Under the pieces are notes generated by a model. It saw only the letters and a program-made list of their open reading frames with translations, was not told the origin of the DNA and ran no database searches. A stretch of DNA of 64,000 bases. Origin: an uncultured Bacilli bacterium (GTDB taxonomy: Bacteria > Bacillota_I > Bacilli_A > RF39 > UBA660). Location of the stretch: positions 5,998-69,997 of the forward strand of contig CAKPRZ010000004.1 in NCBI GenBank assembly GCA_934183165.1, in the 5' to 3' direction. Position numbers and translations under genes: made by a program. Shown in pieces: positions 56,545 to 64,000 of this stretch (its first letter is position 1; each line of letters begins with the position of its first letter).

Positions 56545-57687
56545 ATGAATGAAGAAAAATTTAGTATTCTAGAAAGATATGGAGAAAATTATACTGAAAA
56601 AGAATATATTACAAACCCTGCAATAGGTCGTGATAAGCAAATTAAGGAATTATTATTAGTATTATTAACTCCTGAAAAATCAGCTGTATTAATAGGTAAA
56701 CCTGGTGTAGGTAAAACTGCAATAGTAGAAGGCCTCGCATATAGAATAGAAAAAAATGATGTTCCTGATATACTAAAGGGTTATACAATTATCAATATAA
56801 AAACAGCTTCACTTCTTGGCACTATGCCTAATGGTGAAAGTAAAGTTCAAGTTATGATTGATGAGTTAAAAGAAAGAGAAAAAATCATTCTTTTTATTGA
56901 TGAAATTCATATGTTAATAGGTTCAACTGATTCTTCTTCTCTTGATTTTGCTAATATTTTTAAGGAAGGTCTTGGACGTGGAAGCATTAAAGTTATCGGT
57001 GCTACTACAACTGAAGAATATGAAAGATATATATTAAGAGATAAGGCTTTTACTCGTCGTTTTCAAAAAATAGAAGTTCCTGAACCAACAAGGGATGAAA
57101 CTGTTGAAATTATGATGGGAACATTACCAAAAATAGAAAAGACAACTGGCTTAAAGATGAAGTATACTCATTTTATTCAAGAACAAATAATGACTTTTCT
57201 AGTTGATTTAACTAGTGAATATAAAAGAGTATTTGAGATTGGATCAAGATATCCAGATATTTCATTAACATTACTAAAACAGGCTTTTTCATATGCAATG
57301 TTTGATAATTTGAAGGAAGTTAATATATTTCATGTTCAAAAAGCTATAGAAAATAGTAAGAATGTATATCCTGATGTTATAAAAAAAGAACTTCCAAAAT
57401 TTTTAAATCAATTTAAAGATATTATAAATGAAGAAAAACAAATAGGCGTTTCTTGGAATTATTCTAATGAGAAAAAAGATGATGTAATAGATAGAACTAC
57501 TAAAGAAATACCAAAACATGATAATTATCAAGACTTAGATCAAAATAAACTTATTAATAAATATATGGATATATTAAATCCCAATAAAGTTCCTGTTGAT
57601 GATGGTAATATTTCTCATGAAAAAGTGGACTTTAATCTTGATTTAAATAATAATGATGATGATGACAAGGATTATTTCTTTGATTAG
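56545..57687 (+). CDS. Stand-alone Clp/Hsp100-type AAA+ D1 domain ATPase
   Basis: Start chosen at MNEEKF after RBS ggagg. Strong similarity to the ClpA/ClpB first AAA domain: AIGRDKQIKELLLVLLTPEKSAVLIGKPGVGKTAIVEGLAYRI, ILFIDEIHMLIG, VIGATTTEEYERYILRDKAFTRRFQKIEVPEP. No D2 domain. Confidence 0.75.
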   Translation: MNEEKFSILERYGENYTEKEYITNPAIGRDKQIKELLLVLLTPEKSAVLIGKPGVGKTAIVEGLAYRIEKNDVPDILKGYTIINIKTASLLGTMPNGESKVQVMIDELKEREKIILFIDEIHMLIGSTDSSSLDFANIFKEGLGRGSIKVIGATTTEEYERYILRDKAFTRRFQKIEVPEPTRDETVEIMMGTLPKIEKTTGLKMKYTHFIQEQIMTFLVDLTSEYKRVFEIGSRYPDISLTLLKQAFSYAMFDNLKEVNIFHVQKAIENSKNVYPDVIKKELPKFLNQFKDIINEEKQIGVSWNYSNEKKDDVIDRTTKEIPKHDNYQDLDQNKLINKYMDILNPNKVPVDDGNISHEKVDFNLDLNNNDDDDKDYFFD

Positions 57688-57695
57688 GATTTAAC

Positions 57696-58583
57696 ATGGA
57701 AAATATATTAAAATCATGTAAGTTATGTCCTAGAAATTGTACTGTTAATCGTTATGAAAAAGTAGGATATTGTAAAGCAAATGAAAAAATCAAGGTTGCT
57801 TTAGCTAGTGTTCACATGTGGGAAGAACCTATTGTATCAGGAAATAATGGCAGTGGTACAATATTTTTTTCAAATTGTAATTTAAAGTGTGTTTACTGTC
57901 AAAATTATAAAATTAGTGAGGGTTTTGGAAAATATATATCTATAGATAGATTTAGTGATATTTGTATAGAGTTGCAAAATAAAATGGTTAATAATATTAA
58001 TTTAGTTACACCAACTCATTATGTTCCTCAAATAGTGAAAGGAATTAAATTGGCTAGAAAAAAGGGATTAAAAATACCAGTTGTTTATAATACTAGTAGT
58101 TATGAAAATGTAGATACGATAAATTTATTGAAAGGAACTATTGATGTTTATTTAGCAGATTTGAAATATTATGATGATAGTTATGCTATAAAATATTCCA
58201 ATGCTAGAGAATATTTTAAAGTTGCCAGTAGGGCAATAGAGGAGATGTATAATCAAGTAGGAGATCCTATAATAGAAAATGAAATAATAACAAAAGGTGT
58301 AATTGTAAGAATATTATTATTACCTGGATTATTGGAAGATGCTAAAAAGTTAGTTAAATATTTATATTCCAAATATAAAGATCATATATATATCAGTTTA
58401 ATGAATCAATATACTCCAGTTAGGAAAACTAAATATGTTGAATTAAATCAAAAAGTTAGGCAAGAGGATTATGATGATTTGGTTGACTATGCTTGTGATT
58501 TAGGTGTTGTTAATGCTTTTGTTCAAGAAAGTGATGCGATAAACGAAAGCTTTATTCCTAATTTTGATAAAAGAGGTGTGTAA
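57696..58583 (+). CDS. Radical SAM protein, PflX-like (pyruvate formate-lyase activating enzyme homolog family)
   Basis: N-terminal CKLCPRNC cluster. Radical SAM CNLKCVYCQN motif. Confidence 0.7.
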   Translation: MENILKSCKLCPRNCTVNRYEKVGYCKANEKIKVALASVHMWEEPIVSGNNGSGTIFFSNCNLKCVYCQNYKISEGFGKYISIDRFSDICIELQNKMVNNINLVTPTHYVPQIVKGIKLARKKGLKIPVVYNTSSYENVDTINLLKGTIDVYLADLKYYDDSYAIKYSNAREYFKVASRAIEEMYNQVGDPIIENEIITKGVIVRILLLPGLLEDAKKLVKYLYSKYKDHIYISLMNQYTPVRKTKYVELNQKVRQEDYDDLVDYACDLGVVNAFVQESDAINESFIPNFDKRGV

Positions 58584-58585
58584 TT

Positions 58586-59248
58586 TTGTCTAAATTTGAA
58601 AAATTAAATATAATTTATGAAGATAAAAATATTATTGTTGTTGATAAACCAGCCAATATGCTTACTATAGCAACAGAAAAGGAAAGAGATAAAACGTTAT
58701 TTCATAAAGTTATAGAGTATGAAAAGAAAAAAAATAAAAACAATAAAATATTTATTGTACATCGTTTAGATAAAAATACCAGTGGAATAGTGGTGTTTGC
58801 TAAAAATCAAAAAATAAAACAATTGCTTCAGAACAATTGGGACAAATTAGCAGTGAAAAGACAATATGTAGCTATAGTAGAAGGTCATCCTCAGCCATCA
58901 GGTACTATTAAGTCATATTTAAGGGAAAATAAAGAGTTATATGTTTACTCATCTAATAAAAAAGGTGATGGAAAATTTGCAATTACTAATTATAGATTGG
59001 TTGCTACTAAAGGAAAATATTCACTTTTAGAGATAGAAATCAAAACAGGAAGAAAAAATCAAATAAGAGTTCACATGTCGGATATTAATTCTCCTATCAT
59101 TGGGGATAAAAAATATAATGCGAAAACTAATCCTATTAGGAGACTTGGACTTCACGCTAATAAACTTGTTTTAATAAATCCATTAACTAATAAGGAAATG
59201 GTTTTTGAAAGTGATCTTCCTAATTCTTTTATAAATTTGTTCAATTAA
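58586..59248 (+). CDS. RluA family pseudouridine synthase
   Basis: TTG start. Catalytic motif HRLDKNTSGIVVFAKN. Confidence 0.8.
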   Translation: MSKFEKLNIIYEDKNIIVVDKPANMLTIATEKERDKTLFHKVIEYEKKKNKNNKIFIVHRLDKNTSGIVVFAKNQKIKQLLQNNWDKLAVKRQYVAIVEGHPQPSGTIKSYLRENKELYVYSSNKKGDGKFAITNYRLVATKGKYSLLEIEIKTGRKNQIRVHMSDINSPIIGDKKYNAKTNPIRRLGLHANKLVLINPLTNKEMVFESDLPNSFINLFN

Positions 59249-59249
59249 A

Positions 59250-59276
59250 AAAATAATCATTCTCGATTATTTTTCT
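59250..59276. terminator. Bidirectional terminator between convergent genes
   Basis: aataatc-attctc-gattatt hairpin with T/A tracts. Confidence 0.55.
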
Positions 59277-59887
59277 TTTATTTCTTTAACATATCTATTT
59301 ACTTTAGTTGCCCATGTACTACTAGCAGCATATTTTTTGTTCATCTTTTCAGGAGTATTAAGTCCATATGAATAATAATTATCTGCTAAGTTGTCAATGA
59401 ATTTTTTGATTCCATCGTCTAATGATGCATATCTTCTATAACCACCACTACAATTAGGAGAGCCTTTTACACCACCAACATTATTACATTTTCTAACTAA
59501 AGCACTACAAGACCATTTACATCCAGTTTCTTGAAGCATTATTGCAGTTGCAACAACCGGATCAACACCTTTTTTTAATGAATAGTTTGCAATCAATTCT
59601 CCTTTATTGGATAAGTTTGAATTTAAAGATTTATTCAACATACTAATTAATTGACTTGAATTCATATCTTCATATACTAAGGATTTTTTTCTTTCTTCTT
59701 CTTTCTTGTTAGCAACATTAAAATTATTGATATCACTATAGGCACCAACAAAATTAGTTGCGACACTTTGTGTTATATATCCTTCGTAAATTGAAATGTC
59801 TTTTTTGACAGGCTTTGATAATATAACTATAAATATAGCCGTTAGGAAGCCCATTGTTATAAATAGTCTTTTCAGGATAGTTTTCAA
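59267..59887 (-). CDS. Glucosaminidase-domain (mannosyl-glycoprotein endo-beta-N-acetylglucosaminidase / FlgJ-like) membrane-anchored protein
   Basis: N-terminal TM. GVDPVVATAIMLQETG and SLDDGIKKFIDNL, characteristic of the glucosaminidase (LytD/FlgJ) domain. Confidence 0.7.
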   Translation of the reverse strand: MKTILKRLFITMGFLTAIFIVILSKPVKKDISIYEGYITQSVATNFVGAYSDINNFNVANKKEEERKKSLVYEDMNSSQLISMLNKSLNSNLSNKGELIANYSLKKGVDPVVATAIMLQETGCKWSCSALVRKCNNVGGVKGSPNCSGGYRRYASLDDGIKKFIDNLADNYYSYGLNTPEKMNKKYAASSTWATKVNRYVKEIKEK

Positions 59888-60019
59888 ATCCTCACCTCAT
59901 TTATATATCTTCTTTACAAGACTATTTCATTTTATCATAATCATAAAGTTAGGTCAAATTGACAAAAAACGCAAAATGTGGTATGATATTCGGCAATAAA
60001 AAAGAAGGGGGAATGTTAG

Positions 60020-60808
60020 TTGGATATTGAGCAAAAAAGAATTATATCTGATTACTATAGAAAACTTTTAGAAACATATCCATCTGTAAAAGAATTATTT
60101 AATGATGAACAAATTGCTTTTATTAATGATAATATTAAAGAAAAAGAACTTGTTAGTGAAATAACACCAAGAAATGTTATTAGTGTTCATAAACTATTAG
60201 TTAGAGAAAATGTTGCAAAATTATCGAAAATATTTAAATTATCTTATAAAGATGCAGTTGGTTATATAGTAAGTAATAGTCTTTTTGGTTATGAACTTAT
60301 TGAAAATCCTGTACCTATTGATGGTAAGTCAGAACATAATTTACAAAGCTTATTTTTAATAAGGCAAGAGGAGTCAAATATTGATTACGATAATACAAAC
60401 ATAGGACTTTATTTATATAGAACAGATAGAATTAAAGTGTGTGATGGAATTTATAGAGAAGAGTCACGTGTAATAAAAACAAAGTATAGTGATTATGCAG
60501 AAATTTATAAAGCTATAGCTAGTAACTATGTAGCGATAAGTCAAAAATCACAATATAATTCCAATATAGTAGATCATTTACAGAATCAAGCAATATATGC
60601 ACTTTGGGAATATGCAGTAACTTTTGGTGATAAAAACTATTCAAGTAGTGAATGGATAAAATATCGATTAAAAAACAATCAATTGTATGGCACATATAGT
60701 AAAGATAGTTATAATGGAAGTGTTTCAACATCATTGACTAGCAATGAAAAGTCAAATAGCAATTGGCAAAAAGGTAAATACTTAATATTTAATAATAGTA
60801 AAAAATAA
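60020..60808 (+). CDS. Hypothetical protein
   Basis: TTG start. 262 aa, no recognised domain. Confidence 0.5.
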   Translation: MDIEQKRIISDYYRKLLETYPSVKELFNDEQIAFINDNIKEKELVSEITPRNVISVHKLLVRENVAKLSKIFKLSYKDAVGYIVSNSLFGYELIENPVPIDGKSEHNLQSLFLIRQEESNIDYDNTNIGLYLYRTDRIKVCDGIYREESRVIKTKYSDYAEIYKAIASNYVAISQKSQYNSNIVDHLQNQAIYALWEYAVTFGDKNYSSSEWIKYRLKNNQLYGTYSKDSYNGSVSTSLTSNEKSNSNWQKGKYLIFNNSKK

Positions 60809-60822
60809 GAAAGAGAGTGGTT

Positions 60823-61677
60823 ATGATGAATGATAAGAAAAAGTATATTATGTTCTTAGGTGGAACATTATTAGGAATGGTTTTAATGGGAGTTGTAATT
60901 TGTTTTACAATTTCAAAAGTTAAATTAATTGATAAGACTGAACAAATAAATGTTAACTCTTCAAATAATAAAGAAGTTATTGCTGAAAAAAATTCAAGTA
61001 ATAATGAAACAGTAAAGAAAGAAGAAAAAGTAGAAGTATCAGAAAAAAAAGAAAATAATACTAATACTAATACTAATCAAGTACAAAAACAAACACCTAA
61101 AAAGAATACATCTTCTCAGTCTACAACAGTAAAAAAGAGTGTTGAAGTACCAAAAGTTAGTAATGACATAATTAAAAGTCAAGAAGCAGTTGATGATACA
61201 TCAGAAAATATCATTAATTATTTTGAAAAATTAGATAATAAAGTATTTACAGATGAAAATATAGCTAAGTTTACTAAAAGTGTAAAGACTTCATTTATTA
61301 CTATTACAGATTTTATATTTTATGGAACAGAGATAAATGGTCATACATTTAATGAGTTAACAGAACAAGCAAAACTTTATGTAATGGATATAGTAGTTAG
61401 AGTTGATGCTAAAATAGAAGCATATCATCCTGGATATAAAGAAGAAATAAATACTAATCTTACAAATTTAAAAAATAAGATAACTGTTAAGTATTTAGAA
61501 ATATCAAATAATATTTGTACTAGAATGGGTGATGTTGCTTGTAATCAAGCTAAAGAAGATTTTCAAACTATGAAACAAAACTTTGGTTTAACAGTAGACT
61601 TCTTCAAAGTTATTGCTAGATCGGGATTGAATAGTTTAAAAAGCTGGTATGAAATATTTAGAGAGAATAATAGATAA
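60823..61677 (+). CDS. Hypothetical membrane-anchored protein with low-complexity N/T/K-rich linker
   Basis: Start at ATG after RBS aagagag. TM (IMFLGGTLLGMVLMGVVICF). NTNTNTNQVQKQTPKK low-complexity segment. Confidence 0.55.
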   Translation: MMNDKKKYIMFLGGTLLGMVLMGVVICFTISKVKLIDKTEQINVNSSNNKEVIAEKNSSNNETVKKEEKVEVSEKKENNTNTNTNQVQKQTPKKNTSSQSTTVKKSVEVPKVSNDIIKSQEAVDDTSENIINYFEKLDNKVFTDENIAKFTKSVKTSFITITDFIFYGTEINGHTFNELTEQAKLYVMDIVVRVDAKIEAYHPGYKEEINTNLTNLKNKITVKYLEISNNICTRMGDVACNQAKEDFQTMKQNFGLTVDFFKVIARSGLNSLKSWYEIFRENNR

Positions 61678-61681
61678 TTAA

Positions 61682-61705
61682 GTTGACGGAGTGTCAACTT
61701 TTTTT
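61682..61705 (+). terminator. Rho-independent terminator
   Basis: gttgac-ggagt-gtcaac plus tttttttc. Confidence 0.7.
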
Positions 61706-61758
61706 CTTGAAGAAAAATGGTTTATATAGTAAAATTTAAATAGCTTTGAGGTGATAAA

Positions 61759-63348
61759 ATGATACAATTGACAGATGTAACACTAAGATTTGGGAAAAGA
61801 ACTTTATTTGAGAATGTCAATATAAAATTTACGGCAGGAAACTGTTATGGACTTATTGGTGCAAATGGTGCTGGAAAGTCAACTTTTTTAAAACTTTTAT
61901 CGGGAGAAATAGAAACTACACACGGTAGTATAACGATTTCTAAAGGAGAGAGAATTGCAGTATTAAGGCAAGATCACTATAAATATGATGATGAAAAAGT
62001 TATTGATACTGTTATTATGGGAAATACAAAACTTTATTCTATTATGAAAGAAAAAGAAGAACTATATTCACATACAGAGTTTACTGATGAAGATGGTATT
62101 AAATTAGGTGAATTAGAAGCAGAATTTGCTGAGATGAATGGATGGGAAGCAGAAAGCGAAGCAAGTGAACTTTTAAATAACTTAGGAGTTGAAGTTGATC
62201 TACATTATAATTTAATGAGAGAACTACCAAACAATAAAAAGGTAAAAGTACTACTTGCACAAGCTTTATTTGGAAATCCTGATATATTACTTTTAGATGA
62301 ACCAACTAATAATCTTGATATAGAAGCTATTAATTGGCTAGAAGAGTTTTTAATTAATTTTAATAATACTGTTATAGTTGTTTCACATGATCGTCATTTT
62401 TTAAATAAAGTTTGTACTCATATTGCTGATATTGATTATAATAAGATTAAATTGTATATTGGAAACTATGATTTTTGGTATGAATCAAGTCAGCTTGCAT
62501 TAAAGCAAATGAAAGAAGCTAATAAAAAGAAAGAAGAAAAGATTAAAGAATTACAATCTTTTATTGCAAGATTTTCTGCTAATGCTTCAAAATCAAAACA
62601 AGCAACATCTAGAAAAAAGATGTTAGAAAAAATTGAGTTAGATGAAATAGTACCTTCATCAAGAAAATATCCTTATATAGATTTTAAGATAGAAAAACCA
62701 GCTGGAAAAGAAATATTAACAGTAAAAAATGTATCAAAAGAAATAGATGGTAAAAAAGTACTTAACAATGTTAGTTTTACTGTTCTAAAAGGTGATAAAA
62801 TAGCTTTTGTAGGTACAAATAATATTGCTAAAACAGCACTTTTTAAAATAATTATGGGAGAAGATAAACCTGATTCTGGTGAAGTTATATTTGGAAAAAC
62901 CATTAATCCTTCGTATTTTCCACAGGATAATAGTAAATACTTTCAAACTGATGATACTATAATCGATTGGATTGGTAATTATTACAACATAGATGATGAA
63001 ACAGTTTTAAGAGGATTTTTAGGTAGAATGTTATTTTCTGGTGATGATGTTTTTAAAAAAGTACCAGTTTTATCTGGTGGTGAAAAAGCAAGATGCATGT
63101 TATCAAAGTGTATGCTTGAAAATCCTAACTTTTTAATTTTGGATGAGCCAACAAATCATCTTGATTTAGAGAGTATAACTTCTTTAAATAATGGACTTGA
63201 AAGATTTACTGGAGAAATATTGTTTTCTACTCATGATCATCAATTGAATCAAACAGTTGCTAATCGTGTTATCGAGATCACAGATAATGGAATTATTGAT
63301 AGAAAGATGACTTATGATGAATATTTAGAATTTAAAAAAGGTAATTAG
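61759..63348 (+). CDS. ABC-F family ATPase (EttA/Uup-like; translation factor or ARE-type resistance protein)
   Basis: Two NBDs without TM domains. Walker A GANGAGKST and GTNNIAKT. Signatures and Walker B (LLLDEPTNNLD, LILDEPTNHLD). Inter-domain linker. Confidence 0.85.
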   Translation: MIQLTDVTLRFGKRTLFENVNIKFTAGNCYGLIGANGAGKSTFLKLLSGEIETTHGSITISKGERIAVLRQDHYKYDDEKVIDTVIMGNTKLYSIMKEKEELYSHTEFTDEDGIKLGELEAEFAEMNGWEAESEASELLNNLGVEVDLHYNLMRELPNNKKVKVLLAQALFGNPDILLLDEPTNNLDIEAINWLEEFLINFNNTVIVVSHDRHFLNKVCTHIADIDYNKIKLYIGNYDFWYESSQLALKQMKEANKKKEEKIKELQSFIARFSANASKSKQATSRKKMLEKIELDEIVPSSRKYPYIDFKIEKPAGKEILTVKNVSKEIDGKKVLNNVSFTVLKGDKIAFVGTNNIAKTALFKIIMGEDKPDSGEVIFGKTINPSYFPQDNSKYFQTDDTIIDWIGNYYNIDDETVLRGFLGRMLFSGDDVFKKVPVLSGGEKARCMLSKCMLENPNFLILDEPTNHLDLESITSLNNGLERFTGEILFSTHDHQLNQTVANRVIEITDNGIIDRKMTYDEYLEFKKGN

Positions 63349-63357
63349 GTGGTTATA

Positions 63358-64000
63358 ATGAAAAATAAATTTAGAGACATTGTGGTACTAGGTGGTACTA
63401 ATTTATTTATTGTATCAATCATAATATTTTTATTGTCTTTGGTATTTAGAGATAACATATCATCATTATTTATTGTTATATTTTTACTTTTGATAATACT
63501 AGGATGGATATCATTTATGTATTCTTATTTCTATTTAATTATTCATGCTGCTAACAATAAGGAAATTACTAATGCTCAGAGAAAATATATAATATTGTTA
63601 CTTGCCATTTTAAATATATTCTATATTCCATATTATTATATTGGGTATGTTATGAAAAGAAAAAAATGGATAGGAATTGCAAATGGTATATTGAACTTTT
63701 TAATTATTGCTTTTACTTTTTTAATTGCCTTTATTGGAATTTTATTCTCAACATTTAAATCTATTGAAATAACAACAAAGGATGGAGTTTTTTCTGTTAG
63801 TTTGAGTAGTGAATGGTTTTGCGATATTGACAATATGAGTGGCTATAGTTTTTATTGCAAAGATACTATTGACGACAAATCAATAGGTATTTTAGACTAT
63901 GAGGGCAGAACGGATTATGATTATTTAATTGATTATCATATTAATGAAGCTAAAAGAGTAGCCAAAAATAAAGGAATAAATTTAATAGAAGTTGTGAAAA
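63358..64000 (+). CDS. Hypothetical polytopic membrane protein, 3'-truncated by the window end
   Basis: Open frame from ATG 63358 to the window end with no stop. Several hydrophobic helices. Not in the ORF list because no stop lies within the window. Confidence 0.5.
   Translation, partial: MKNKFRDIVVLGGTNLFIVSIIIFLLSLVFRDNISSLFIVIFLLLIILGWISFMYSYFYLIIHAANNKEITNAQRKYIILLLAILNIFYIPYYYIGYVMKRKKWIGIANGILNFLIIAFTFLIAFIGILFSTFKSIEITTKDGVFSVSLSSEWFCDIDNMSGYSFYCKDTIDDKSIGILDYEGRTDYDYLIDYHINEAKRVAKNKGINLIEVVK

Noticed and set aside
1-64000. Search for CRISPR arrays, tRNA/rRNA genes, transposases, integrases, phage structural genes
   Set aside because: No regularly spaced direct repeats with unique spacers. 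No cloverleaf-compatible tRNA-like segments in intergenic regions. No DDE/tyrosine/serine recombinase motifs in any ORF. So the accessory block at 20.6-34.7 kb has no evident mobility machinery within this window.

Overview
This is a 64-kb window from a very AT-rich (about 70-75% AT) low-GC Firmicute. Protein similarities point to a Clostridium-like organism. Nearly all genes are on the + strand. A six-frame read found no rRNA, no tRNA, no CRISPR array and no transposase, integrase or recombinase genes.

Genes recognised from motifs seen in the sequence:
- ffh, truncated at the window start.
- A pyruvate:ferredoxin oxidoreductase (nifJ/PFOR).
- recG.
- A MarR regulator with a two-gene ABC exporter.
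- An ABC-2 transporter operon.
- An ABC-F ATPase.
- An RluA pseudouridine synthase.
- A cell-envelope cluster (6.3-14.9 kb): an LCP ligase, two paralogous phosphodiester-glycosidase proteins and CapA.

Most unusual features:
- A roughly 600-nt ORF-free, GC-enriched stretch (about 5150-5745) sits directly upstream of a small 4-TM protein. This fits an OLE RNA/OapA locus.
- Two paralogous membrane hybrid sensor-kinase-like genes share an apparently 100% identical 850-bp block (47055-47904 and 55280-56129). The block is purine-rich. In it the phospho-acceptor His is replaced by Gln, and the receiver-like tails are degenerate.
- A tight seven-gene operon (20963-25813) encodes a histidine phosphatase, a GNAT, a 5'-nucleotidase fused to a nucleoside hydrolase, an HD hydrolase, a second 5'-nucleotidase and an atypical kinase. 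This looks like a dedicated (deoxy)nucleotide-processing or nucleotide-depletion module.
- A Rad50-like P-loop ATPase with a CxxC zinc-hook insert sits next to an ASCH-domain protein.
- A 1369-aa orphan protein with internal repeats follows a small membrane protein.
- An 8-mer, CCCCCTGA, recurs three times next to terminator-like hairpins. Two of the copies flank the 8.5-kb accessory block.
- A candidate promoter-to-terminator small RNA lies at about 20675-20784.
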